Positions 51,400-64,000 of a DNA stretch of 64,000 bases are shown piece by piece. Within the stretch, counting starts at the first letter, position 1; each line of letters starts with the position of its first letter. A program made the translations under genes and the position numbers. The stretch spans positions 34,844,001-34,908,000 of the forward strand of contig OX597825.1 in NCBI GenBank assembly GCA_951406725.2, in the 5' to 3' direction. The stretch comes from Octopus vulgaris (Eukaryota). The notes beneath the pieces are model-generated. The model saw nothing but the letters and a program-made list of their open reading frames with translations. It had not been told where the DNA came from and did no database searches.

Positions 51400-51945
51400 A
51401 TATACATACATACATACATTATGGCTGCCCCCTCATTATCGAGTATGGCCATTGCATGAAGCTTAACTGTTACTGGTGCTGTGATCGAATGTAACTTTTT
51501 AACCCAGCTAAAGATCTACAATGTCTTGTACAAAATTGGCAACTAAAACCTTTATTGGTAATAGCCGACTGTAGTTGTAATTGGGCTTCATGTACCTTTG
51601 CATGTCGTTTAAGTCCTCCTGCCGAATTACACTCTCTTCCACATGCCCGACAGATATGATTAGTATGGTGTGTTACACCACCACCAGTGGCCAGGTTGTC
51701 ACTCATCTGTCTCGTTTTATGACTACGAAGATGACTCACGAGTCCAGCTTTACTGAGGCAGGGTCTTGCAAGACATTGCATGTCAGAATCAAAGGAAGAC
51801 CCTTCCCTTCTGGAAGTGTAACTGCGATGCCCTTCCTGACATCCCTCCTTACTTTCTCATGTGCAACTCGAGATTTCTCAAAAGTGGCTGTCCCCTCATG
51901 CACAATCCTTCTCCACTTGCTACGATCAATAGCTATGCCTTCCCA
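51400..51945 (-). mobile_element. 5'-truncated RTE-like LINE end carrying three C2H2 zinc fingers
   Basis: WEGIAIDRSKWRRIVHEG...FEKSR; then CNV(c)ARPCLSKAGLVSHLRSH (1-bp frameshift), CRACGRECNSAGGLKRHAKVH, CQFCTRHCRSLAGLKSYIRSQH; (ATGT)n tail. Confidence 0.8.
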
Positions 51946-52392
51946 TATCTATCTGTCTATTTGTCTGTCTGTCTGGCTGTCATCATCATTGTTTAATGTC
52001 CGCTCTCCATGCTGGCAGTTTGATGTGGCACTGGCTAGCAGAGAGCTGTCTGAACTTCGACTGCTTATTGTGGTATGGTCTCTATGGCTGGATACCCTTC
52101 CTAACACCAATCATTTAACAGAGTATGCTGGGTGCTTTCTCCATGTCACCATCGTGTCATACATATATGAAGACAGTTGATGATATGCTGTAAAACAGAT
52201 CCCTCTACATCATATCTGCATAGAAAAAATATGTATCATAAGACACACTTACTGCTGATGATAATGATGCTGATTATGATAATATACATCTGTATATAAT
52301 GTTTTATAAAGCTTATTTGATAAATTACCTGCATGTTATATAGATGTCTCCCACTCTCCTCTTTCTCCCTCACTCTGACTTTCTCTTTCTGC

Positions 52393-52428
<36 letters not shown>

Positions 52429-52483
52429 ACACGTATATATTGCATACATGTGAATGTATCTATAAATATGCACACTTACATGG

Positions 52484-52514
<31 letters not shown>

Positions 52515-52551
52515 CTGCAAATGTACACACACATACACACACACATATGCA

Positions 52552-52591
<40 letters not shown>

Positions 52592-54318
52592 TGCATACGG
52601 TTAATTCCTTCTTTCCCTTGCAGTTAATTCCTTTTGTCTTTGAAAATAAACTCTTAGTGAACTGTCTTGACATTTACAAGTAATTCTTGGCAATAGATGT
52701 CATGCTGGAAACTGCGAGTAGTTTTTCTAAAGTAGAGAGCAGACAACTAAATATTCCTGCCAAAAATATAAAGCCATACAAGTTAAAACAAAAAAAAAAA
52801 AACCCACAATAATGTACCAAATGTGTTTTCATGTGTTCTGTCACATTGGAATTCCAGAAGAATTATTTTAGCTTAAGGGAGATTAGATCTACTGCTACTG
52901 TTGCTGCTAATACAACTACTACTGTTGCAGCTACAGCTGTTACTGCTGCCCTTGCTGGCGCCCCCCTACCACCACCACCACCACCACCACCAACACCACC
53001 ACCAACATCGCCACCACCACCACCACCACCACCACCAACAACGCCACCACCACCAACATCGCCACCACCACCACCAACACCACCACCAACACCACCACCA
53101 CTACCACCACCACCACCACCACTACTACTTCATAAGGCTTAATGTCTTAAGATTGACCTTCAGTACTTTGTTCCATGTCTTCCTGGGTCTCCCTGTGTAT
53201 GTGTGTGTGTGTGTCTCTTTGTCTTGATAGTGTATGATAATTGTAAACGAATTTTACTGTCATACAAGCAGTGTCATTCACTTCCAATATTCTGCATAAA
53301 CATGTCTGGCCCCAGGGCAGTATTATCTTTCATGGAAACAAGTGTAAGTTGGTGACAGGAAGACCATCAAGCCATAGAAAACCTGTCTCAAATATACTTT
53401 GGCTGACTCATCCAAGCATGGAAAAGTGGTTCTTAAATGATGATAATGATGATGACAAAGGGTGTGATCTGAGGGAAATTTGGCTGCTATTTCTAGCAAG
53501 GCAAACGACCATGTCTAGGATTCTTTTGTTGATTTTTGGTGGGGTTTGAGGGGATGGTGGTTTGTATTTTGCAACAGTAATGTTGTTGGCCAGCAGTGGT
53601 GGAAATGGTTGACAATGTTATGTAGGTGACGAAGGTGATGCTGATCTGAAGTAATGGTAGTGGAGAGGGTGGCAGTGGTGGGGGGTGGTGATGGTTAATG
53701 GTGCTGGTGACAGTGATAGTAATAGTAGTAGTAGTAGTGATGGTGATGGTACTAGTGACAATAATGACTTTGGTAGTAGGGGTGGTTGTAATGATAATGA
53801 TGGCAGTAGTGGTACTAGTGACTGTGGTAGTAGTAGTGGTGGTGATGATGAGGATGATTGTGATAAGATGGTGACAGGTGGTAGTGGAGAAGACTATGAT
53901 GATTGAAGTCATGATATTAGCAATGGCAGTAGCAGTTGTCATAGTGTTGATGTTGTTGTTGATGATAATTATTATGATGATAAATTATATTATAATTATG
54001 AAAATTGCAATGATGTTGTTATGAGTATTTTGACCCAAATCATCTCTGATTAAATAGGCTGATAATCAAAAGTATGCTACATGTGACCACCCCTCCTTTT
54101 ATTCAGACATAGCCTACTTAGAACTAATTATTGGTTTAAAATTTTGGCACAAGGCCAGCAAGTTTGGGTTGGGGGTAAGTCATTTACATTGACCCCCAGT
54201 GCTCAAGTGGTACTTTGTCTTATTGACCCTGAAAGGATAAAAGGTAAAGTTACCCTTGGTGAAATTTGAACTCAGAATGCAAAGACAGATGAAATGCTGC
54301 CAAGTAGTTTGCCTGGCA

Positions 54319-54705
54319 TACTCACTTTACTCTTTTATTTGTTTCAGTCATTTGACTGCTGCCATGCTGGAGCACCACCTTTAGTCGAGGAAATCGACCC
54401 CAGGACTTATTCTTTGTAAGCCTAGTACTTATTCTATCAGCCTCTATTGCCAAACTGCTAAGTTATAGGGATGTAAACACACCAGCATCGGTTGTCAAGT
54501 GATGTTGGGTGGACAGACACACAAACACATATATATATACATATATATGATGGGCTTCTTTCAGTTTCTGTCTACCAAATCCACTCACAAGGCTTTGGTC
54601 TGCCTGAGGCTATAGTAGAAGACACTTGCCCAAGGTGCCACGCAGTGGGACTGAACCCAGAACCATGTGGTTGGTAAGCAAGCTACTTACCACACAGCCA
54701 CTCCT
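54319..54705 (-). mobile_element. tRNA-derived SINE (32269 family) nested in an older SINE (about 54135-54735)
   Basis: Reverse-complement match to 32269-32680; host SINE resumes on both sides. Confidence 0.85.
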
Positions 54706-54767
54706 ATGCTAATGATTCTGCCAGCTTACCACCTTATCTGGGACTAATTATTCACATACTTTGTCTG

Positions 54768-55110
54768 TTGTTTAGCCCTGAGTTAGACTTGATCCATGTG
54801 ATCTATCATATAGTCAAAACAGTCTAGCTGTGACCATCCTGTCATGTTTTAACTGGCATTATGTATCTAGGACTATAGCCATACCTTGTTATTGTTATTA
54901 TTTAGCCCTGGATTAAACTTGATCCATCAGACCTATTATATGATCACAGATGCTCTAGTTGTGACCATCTTGTCGTATTTTAACTGGCATAATGTATCTA
55001 GGAGTATAGCAATACCTTGTTATTGTTGATCCAGCAGACCTTTGATATGATCAAAGATATTCCAGACATAACCATTCTGTTTTAAGTAGTAAAATATACC
55101 TAGGATTACA
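54768..55110. repeat. Degenerate ~127-bp tandem repeat, about 2.7 copies
   Basis: Repeated tttagccctg...cttgatcca...gtgaccatc...ttttaactggcat...tatctagga...taccttgttatt. Confidence 0.7.
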
Positions 55111-55468
55111 TTACCCAGTGTTCTTCCAATTTTAATATATGTGATCTGAGACAAAGACTTCGGTGCTGCTTTTAGCAGATCAGATGACAAAATAATAATG
55201 GGGATTATAAAGAAAATAGATGTGTACATACATACATTTTAACATCCATTTTTCCATGCTCACATGGGTTAAGGAATTTACTGAGGCTGGTTTTTCTGTG
55301 GCTGGATGCCCTTCTTGTTGCCAACTCTCGTTTTCAAGTAAGGTATTTCCCCATGAGCAGACATGTCTTTACAGAAGATTAGAAATGAAGGATGCTGCTT
55401 GCCTGACAGTGGCACTTGCTCACAACTATCATGTGATGTCAAGGCAAGGAAACAGTAGCTCATGCATG

Positions 55469-55500
<32 letters not shown>

Positions 55501-56943
55501 CACACACACACACACACAATAGGCTTCTTTCAGTTTCTGCATAACAAATCCACTTATTAGGCCTTGATTGTTCCAGGGCTATAGTAGAAGACACTTGTCC
55601 AAGTATCATAACATGCTGTGGGATTGAACTCAAAAGCACACGGTTGGGAATCAAAATTCTCACCACACAGCTATGCCTGTGCCTGTCACACCCCAACATA
55701 TATGTTGAGGAGGAGCTGAGAAACTTGTCCTTAGACAGGAGACCTAACCTAAATACTAGTAACAGAAAGGACTTTGCTAAAGACCCCTAAGGACCAGATG
55801 GTTGTGCTAAACCAGTTGATAGATCAAGTCTACAGGAGTGGTCCCTCTGGTAGCTCCCAGTTTCCATTTACCTAATTTTGCTGACAAGATTTTGGTCAAC
55901 CTGAAGCTATAGTGCATGACAAGAGTTTTATCCCAGATATTGGAATCAAACTGCTGACTATGTTGTTGCCAAGCTATCTTCTTAAGCAGACAGCCATGCC
56001 TATAAGGATATGTATCTGTAATGATGATGATGACAATGGTGATGATGGTGATGGTGGTGGTGGTGATGGTGATGATAATGTCAATGGTAGTGGCAGTGAT
56101 GATGATGATAATGATGGTAGTGGTGATGGTGATAATGGCAATGATGTTGGTGATGATGGTGATGTGGGCTGTATGGATATATATCTGATGATGATGATAG
56201 TGATGATGAGGACAATGATGATGATGGTAATGGTGAGGATGGTAATGATGATGTGGCAGCTATATGAATATGTATCTGATGATGATGATGATGGAGGTGG
56301 TGATGGTAATAATGATGGTGGTGGTGATGATGATGATTGTGATGGTGATATTGGTAATGATGATGATGATGTTGGTGGTGATAGCAGTGATGATGATGAT
56401 GATATGGCAGCTGAGGTTTAAGGCAGTGAGGATGTGACTGCCTGTGGCAACAAAATTCTGCAGACATTGGCTATATCAGCCTGTTTCTAGGAATTGATAA
56501 TATCTGTCTAAAGCTGTACCAATAATCTATAATACAAATTACAGTGTTAAATAAGCAACTAATATCATCATGGAAATGTCCACACTGAAGTGCTGACATG
56601 GTGAATTGGTTTCTAACATATCATCTGTCATTTACAGAATAATTAATTGATCTTTTAAACGATCCTATATTTTCTCGTAATCAATTTTATTTTTTGAAAT
56701 ATTAAAAAATTTTTTATATATTTGTTTATTTCTTTAGAAATTGTCTTTTACTTTTTGATTCTTTACCACACACACACACACACATGCACCTCCTTTTCTC
56801 TTCCTTTCTCTCAATTTCTCTTCTTTTCTCTCCATTTCTCTCTCTCTCACACACACACACAAGGATGCAAATAAACACACTTGGGTTTGATATATAAAAT
56901 ATACATACATACATATATATAATCATATAAATATATATATATC

Positions 56944-57280
56944 TGAGACCCCCTTCGGTCACGACACAGACCATGGGATTGCACCTAGAAAGTTACCCTC
57001 TCAGGCACAAGTCCGGGCAAGGTTGTTTATGGAAGACCAGCAGTCGCCCATGCATACCAGCCTCCCCTCTCCATGCCACCAGTGTTATCCAAGGGAAAGG
57101 CAAAGGCCGATACAGCTTAGCACCTGTGACGTCGCAACTCATTTTTACAGCTGAGTGAACTGGGGCAATGTGAAATAAAGTGTCTTGCTCAAGAACACAA
57201 CATGCAGCCTGGTCCGGGATTTGATCTCACAACCTCACAATTGTAAGCTCGATGCTCTAACCACTGAACCATGTGCCTTC

Positions 57281-57283
<3 letters not shown>
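56944..57283 (-). mobile_element. tRNA-derived SINE of a third family; related heads at 47230-47515 (+) and about 24955-25285 (-)
   Basis: tRNA-like head on the minus strand and gttcttgagcaagacactttatttcac core. Confidence 0.75.
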
Positions 57284-57334
<51 letters not shown>

Positions 57335-57819
57335 GGCTATGTATAGAGAGAAACAAAAACTGAAAATGCTTAGATGAACATTCATGTATAAGCATATAAA
57401 TATGTATATATTTACAGAACAGATTTATATGGAGTACAAGAAGTACAGAAAACTAAGGGAAGAGGGCATGGTATTTCAGATCCAACAGCTGTTTCTGGGG
57501 GCTCAGAGTTATGTAATAGTTGTAATCTTGACAGATGGAGTGTGCAAAAAAGTCAAGGATATGCAACCAGTAGTGAATGCATATAAACATTGCTGCGTGT
57601 GTGTGTGTGTTTGGGTTACTGACTCCTTGCCTTGACATCTTGTGATAGTGCTAAGCAAGTGTCGCTGTCATGCAAGCAACATTTTTCATTTCTAACCTTC
57701 CATGAAAACATGTCTGGCCATGGAAAAATAATTCCTTACTTGGAAACAAGTGAAGTGGACAACAGGAATAGTATCTGGCCATAGAAAATCCACCTCATAG
57801 CTTAGCAGTAGGCCTTAAA

Positions 57820-58440
57820 ATGAACCACATGAAAGCAAAATATAGGCAGTTAAAAGATGTAGCACAAAGTTAATTAGAGGTAAAAAGTGATGAGATCGAG
57901 AAGGTAAAGAAGTACACCTGATTTGGGCACACAGTGAATATGCACTGAGGTGTGGATGCTGAAATCTGCAAAGGAATAATGGCCAGTTGAAAAGCATTTA
58001 CTTCAAAGCAAAGACAGACAATACCATACATGCCAGACTCTTCAACAGAATCATCCTACCTGTGCCCTTATATAGAAGTGAGATGTGGGCTGCTATGAAA
58101 GAGATAGAACACTGATTGGCTATGATGCAAAAGACCATGGAAACATCCAATCTAGGATTATCATTATGAGGTTATATTTGAAATGAGATAATGTGAATAC
58201 CGAAATACAGAATACTGAAAGCAGAAGTTCCACTGGGCCAGACATGTCGCAAAGCTCACAGATAACAGGTGGACCTGCATAATTTCTGAGTGGTATCCAA
58301 GAGACCAGGCAAAGCCACTTGGAAGGCTTTCACAACAATGGGAAGATTATTTAGTTGAGTGATTTGGGTCAAAATGGAAAAGAATGGCATAATTAAGACA
58401 GAATTGGAAGTGTATTGTGACCAGCAGTATAAAATAGCAT
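57820..58440 (+). mobile_element. Decayed RTE-clade LINE 3' fragment
   Basis: ARLFNRIILPVPLYRSEMW; HWARHVAKLTDNRWT. Confidence 0.6.
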
Positions 58441-59504
58441 CTGATGGTCTGGTCGATACTGTGATACACATCAAAGGTTCTCACCCCATTTTGGTCAAAG
58501 CTCCCCTTTTGACCCTTGGAGTCACAAATGGCCCTCCCCCACCTTAGAAAATATTTTTATGTTTCAATATACTACTTATTTTGATATTAGCAGATAATGA
58601 TTAAAAAATAAAGGATGTCGTTTTACATATGCACTTGTACACAGTCAGGAGTATAGACTTTCATACTGAAATGCAAAAGAACAAAATAATGAATTGTGTT
58701 TATTTCTACCATGCGACACTTATGAGATCAATGTGTTGTCTATTGAAAGAGTGCTCTTTGGTACAAGTAAATGTTGATGAAATCATTTCAAGCTTTTCTG
58801 ATTTCCCTTATCAAAACAGCTAGAACTTGTGCAACAATCTGTCATATAAGTTATTGTCACCTGGTAAGAGGATTTTTTTATGCTTAAGAAAGAGAGTGTA
58901 TTTGATAGAAATACATATGTTAAAATACATATGTACTTCGTATGAGTAGCAAATTGAGGAGGATGGTATTCACTGTACTTGAATCTAGTTGGTTTGAGTC
59001 ACAAAATCAGACCTGTTTTAAAATGACGTAAAAAAAAAATCTGAAAATTTGTCATTATAAACATTCATTTCTTATTCAGGATCTAGTTTGTTTCATTTAC
59101 AAAATCTGCATTTTTTTAAAAGGGAATAAAAAATTTGAAAATTGGTTATCTTGATGCGGTTTTCCATGCTTATTCCTATGAAGCTATGAAGTTCTGGAGA
59201 AAAAATTTGACACACAAAATTTTTTTTAAATACGGACAGTCTGAGTCTACCGTTCGTTTCTCTTTATAATTTCCAAATAATTTCTTAAATACTTCAAAAT
59301 CAAAATTGTGTCAATATGTGTGCCAGAAAATGTAGTTAAAAATTAAGCAAATAGATTTTTGGGAGATCTCTTCTTATGACTGACTTTTATTCCATTATTC
59401 TAATATCTTCTGAAACTTATACATATACATGTATAAATGCATACAGAAACAATACAAATTTATACACACATACATGTTTACAGAGTTAGTTTTATACACA
59501 TCCT

Positions 59505-59535
<31 letters not shown>

Positions 59536-59639
59536 CTAAATATTTTGGCATACCTACACAGTTGTGCCCCAAAGACTTGCTTCTTCATAACCTTGAGAAA
59601 ATTAAATCCTTTTTTTCTACAGGTATTTGTACTTCTTAA

Positions 59640-60433
59640 TGACTGTTGGAATCTTATTCGTTAATTCTTGCTACTGTCTCATTTTTTTTTGGGATTAAGA
59701 ATTGTCCTTTCACACAACCATTCATGTGAATTATAATTATACTTAAGTCTGGCAATGCCCTGTTCTTCAATTGAGCTGGGGAATTCATCATGATAGCAAT
59801 ATGAGCCAAACAGATATCACCATTCCCATCAACTGGTACTTTCCCATTTCCTAATTGGAGGAGGCAGATTGAAAACTGTTTTGCACATTGGTCCCAATGT
59901 AATGAAGCTTGCACGTTAGTGTTGAAGGAGAATTTCAGAACTTTATTCCAGAGGTGTGAAGACTTAATGCATGCTCTTATTTCACCAGATCTTGTTCCTC
60001 TCGGAATGAGTGGTAATATCTGTCTGATGTCTCCTGATAAAACTAATGTAACTCCTCTTATTGTTGCCTCTGATGTCCTGTAAGGTCTTACCAAAAGCTT
60101 CCATTGTGCCTCTATGTGACATTCCAAATGATAAGGTGACATTGGCACAACTCTTCTACTGAACCTGAATCTTTGGTTATCTTACAAATTAGACTGTCAT
60201 TTGTGACCAGGTTTAGTGGTAACTTAAAAGCAGAATGAGCTGTTCGTCCCCCTGGGAGAATTGTGACAGCAAAGCCAGACAATGGTACAGCAACTGCAAT
60301 TCTTTTTTGTTGCCTTACCTTGGAGAGAAGTAATGTTACAAATGTTTTACCTGTACCACCAGGAGCATCAAGAAAGAAAATTCTTCTGCTTTTTTCTGAC
60401 AATCGTGGAATGCTGCCTGCACGCACACACACG

Positions 60434-60507
<74 letters not shown>

Positions 60508-62044
60508 GTATCAAACCACAGATGAATTGGTGGTGTGTGTGTGAGAGAGAGAGAGTGTGCCACTTAGACATCACTCTCTCACACACACACACATACAGAA
60601 AATATGTATTTGTGTATGTACGAATACATGACGACACACCCCTTCACTCATTCACACACACACAGACACACACACCATACATAAATGTATACAAACGTAC
60701 GTACAAAGACGTGTGCGTGTGTGACTTACAAATACATAGAGCTGAACATGGTGTGAAAAAGAAAATAAATAAAAAATTTTTTATGTAAATAAACGAAGTG
60801 TGCAAGTTCCAGCAAAATAATGTCCATACTTTTTGGGCGCCACATGTTTAATTGCAAAATGTTAACATGATATTAGTGTAATAAAGAAATCAAACCTGGA
60901 GTGTGTGTGAGAGAGAGAGAATATTGCAAACAATGAATGAGATGGACATGGAATGAAAAAATAAATAACAGCACGTTGAAAAGTGTCTTGTACCAAATAT
61001 TTAAATTTGTGAACTTAGTAAATATTTCTTTCAATAATTTATTGTAGTTGTTTACAAATAGCGAATTAAAACTTGAAATGAAAACATTAGAATTTAGACA
61101 GGGAGAGACTTCGCCGTTTTTATGTCAATACCGGAAGTTGACATTGAGAAATCTTTTTAAAGAAGTGAATCTAATGTTGAGAATTCCATTAAAAAATATC
61201 CATTTTCTTGGAAGTTAAGACTAATTGAAGTAGTCTTGGGTGAATTTTCAGAAAATCCCCACCCCCTCCTAAACCAGTTACCCCACAAATTTTATATATT
61301 CGAAATTGACATGATAGAACACATTCGTTGAAAATTTTATTAAAAAGTATCCATAATTCTGAAAGTTATGATCATGGAAATTGTGTTGGGTGGCATAAAT
61401 TTGTAGTTCTTAATATGATGGCAGAAAGTAAATAAGAAATTTTAATGGAAAAGAAAGTATTGTAGGGGTTGAATGGAAATTTGTCACTCAGTGAACCGAA
61501 GAGCCAGTATCAGAGGAACCAGAAAGAAACTGTCAACAACAAGAAAACACAAGACCGTACGGATTATAAAATTACTTACATCAGTAATTGTGAACTTGTT
61601 CTGTCAGTAATTTGTTGTTGTTTGTTTGTAAAGAGCGATTCAAAACTTAGACTTACAGTGAAAACAATAACATGGAAGTTAAACAATGGAGTATGAAAAT
61701 TGAAAGTGAAAAGAATAGGGTCTGTAAAATGGAAGTGAAAACAAGAGACATAGAGAGATATGTTACAGAGAGATAGAGACAGATAGAGAGATATACATAA
61801 AGAGATATGTTACGTCACTGACGCTAGAAAAGCGGAAGTAAAAATATAAAAATTTTTGAAAGACGTGAATGTAATATAAAAATCAATATTTTTTCTTTTT
61901 AAAAACTTTTAATAAAAAATCAAATGAAGATCCTATAATATGTCCAAGGTAAAATTATTCATGCATCACAAGTATGGAAATAATTGGTGAAGCAGTTTTC
62001 ACATGAAAAGTGAATACACACACATCTCTATTTTATATATTAGA
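59640..62044 (-). mobile_element. Decayed Helitron with PIF1-family helicase fragment (59640-60410)
   Basis: FFLDAPGGTGKTF, GGRTAHSAFKLPL, SGDIRQILPLIPRGTR...CIKSSHLW, frameshifted and intronless. Helitron-like 5' end A|TCTAATATATAAAA at 62044; its link to the helicase is inferred. Confidence 0.8.
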
Positions 62045-62049
62045 TATAT

Positions 62050-62900
62050 ATATATATAAATAATTGAGATTCAGTTGAATTAGGTATTTAAGTTGAAGCA
62101 CCAAGTCAGTGTGGTATTATCCATACAACTCAAAGTAAGGTGAACAAAATCAAAATAAGCAACAATATATCAAGAGGTGATGCAGTATGACCGTTTCAAG
62201 CAGCTCAATTTAATTGAACAATGCAATCATTACATCAGTTTAAATGCAGGGCTATCTTCAGCCACATAAATAAACAGAATTTTTAATCAGTTGGACACAT
62301 TGATATAATTTTACTCAAATTCTCTAACAGAGCAAGAAGGAAAGAGTCCATGTTGCTACTAAAGTAGCTAAGAATATACTACACTTCTAGAACTGTATGA
62401 AGTTCGTTGGGGTCATAGCTTGTAAAGGATTGTGGTTCATTTTTAATTTTTTAGTTTTTTTTTATCAACTACCAAATCTAAGGCTAGAGGACAGTGTCTG
62501 TTTAGAATGGAAGGCAGGAGGTGAGTTGACAGTTTATAGTTGGGCATGGTCATAAATATTGGCAGGATTTTAGGATTTTTATAAGTAACTGTCTATAAAG
62601 GAGGCTGGGTAGGGAAAGACCCCCAAATCAAGATGTTAATTAGCAGTTAAAGGGGCAAGACACTAATAAAACCTATGATGTTAATACAGAGGAAATTATC
62701 ATTGGGTACTATAGATGATTGCATTTAAACAATATTATCATGATGTATAAAGATAAAATTTAAGATTACTAAAAATGATATTATAACCAGAATAAATAAA
62801 ATGTGTATATATACCAATTTTCAACATTAGAATGGGAAGATTACATACAATTAATTTTAATATTCATTCCTGTACTTAATTATTTACTTATTATGTGGTT
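62050..62900 (-). mobile_element. Possible Penelope-like remnant
   Basis: Minus strand gtggCTGAAGAtagc...GAAAcggtc hammerhead-like relic at about 62185-62265; (AT)n flanks. Confidence 0.35.
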
Positions 62901-62945
62901 TCTATAAAGATTGCTCTGGGTATTTACTTATGGAATACTTATGGA

Positions 62946-62996
<51 letters not shown>

Positions 62997-63710
62997 TACA
63001 TACACACACACGTGTGTGTGTTTGCTAGTGTCTGTTGTTCCTTTAGTTTTTGTTTACTTATACACATCAACAAATGAGCCAATGAGGTACTCTGTGTATG
63101 GTTGTTCACTTTGCTAGAAATAACAGCCAAATGTCCCTCATGCTATGCTCTTGTTAGTATTAAGGAAAGGGAAAATGTTTATTCCTCTCTATCATTATGA
63201 TTAAAATTAATATTTTTGATTTCGTTTGGCTATATGAATTTAATTTTTTAAAAATGTTTCTGTCCTTTGCTTGATACAGGAAATTGGAAAATCCTGACCA
63301 AATCAGAGAAATTCTAACTTGACAAAAAAATATAGAAAGAGAAAGAAAAGGTTCTGTTTTTCAAAATCAAAGGATGTGGTTTTAGCTAGGTGTAATTTTA
63401 TAATTAAAACAAATTCAAAATTTAAATTTCAGAACATAAAACGTACCACATTATCTGGTGTATAGTCGCAGTTCAAATAGGTACAAAACCTAAAACGTGT
63501 GTGTGTGTGTGTGTGTGTGTGATTGGGTCTTTAATAGCCTGGGGTCAATTTGAGTTCAATCGCAAAATGAATTCAAAACAGCAACACATGCAATCATATA
63601 CATACAAACATACCCATACATAATACCCACACATACACAAATACATACCTATCAGCCACTCCCAAAAGCCAGTTTGATCCAAAATTCTGACCACCATTCT
63701 TTATATATTT

Positions 63711-63744
<34 letters not shown>

Positions 63745-64000
63745 TCAGCTTTTTGCTTTTATTCATTTCTTTTTTTCCTTTAATTGTCTGTCACTATTCA
63801 TCTGTTTTTAGTTTTTGTTTTTGTTTTGGGGGTTTCACTTTAGTGACACCAGTTACACATAGTACCAGGAATTTGCTTGGTGTCATCAAAGTGGAAACAG
63901 CGTTTTTTTAAAGGTTTTGAAAATTTGAAACAAAAAAGGCATGGTTTTTTAAAACTATCACAGATGTGAAAATATGGCTACTACTCGTTAATTTGAAATT

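Noticed and set aside
51470-51781. Stand-alone C2H2 transcription factor gene
   Set aside because: It is contiguous with an RTE ORF2 C-terminus and tail, frameshifted, and has no splice signals.
52624-52679. Possible CTC1 exon 10 (ttgcag|LIPFVFENKLLVNCLDIY)
   Set aside because: No resemblance to the expected GxxTxV...GxYELD segment, and the donor is weak.
52831-53942. Pro-, His- and Thr-rich ORFs
   Set aside because: They are translations of (CCA)n and (GGT/AGT)n microsatellites, open in several frames.
55912-56467. Asp/Gly-rich or His-rich ORFs
   Set aside because: (GAT/GGT)n simple repeat.
59654-60504. PIF1 helicase inside CTC1, suggesting a telomere-maintenance gene cluster
   Set aside because: It is intronless, frameshifted and has Helitron-type motifs with a Helitron-like 5' terminus at 62044. 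It is a transposon relic, not cellular PIF1.
62185-62265. Third intact hammerhead (CTGAAGA...GAAAC on the minus strand)
   Set aside because: Stem I and the NUH triplet cannot both be satisfied; kept only as weak evidence of a PLE remnant.

Overview
AT-rich, microsatellite- and transposon-dense eukaryotic DNA. The SINE, MITE and LINE repertoire looks like an Octopus (coleoid cephalopod) genome; this is inferred from repeat content, not proven. Two spliced + strand genes can be assembled by hand. (1) The last five coding exons of D-2-hydroxyglutarate dehydrogenase (D2HGDH, 3421-14606; 5' exons lie upstream of the window). (2) Behind a CpG-enriched promoter with an E2F-like site, the first nine coding exons (352 codons, 22912-47213) of a highly diverged CTC1, the large subunit of the CST telomere complex. 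CTC1 is almost invisible in the ORF track and continues beyond the window. Introns hold decayed mariner, DD37D/maT, Tc2/pogo and piggyBac MITEs, Helitrons, gypsy, RTE, CR1-like, CRE-like and Penelope-like elements and several tRNA-SINE families. Most notable observations: a Penelope-type minimal hammerhead ribozyme with a compensatory G3:C8 core inside a 119-bp inverted repeat; three conserved D2HGDH motif residues that differ from the consensus by an A where G is expected (candidate restorative A-to-I recoding); inverted young SINE pairs flanking CTC1 exons; and an internally inverted LINE. No prokaryotic-type system (CRISPR etc.) is present. Comparisons with human proteins are from memory and were not checked against a database.
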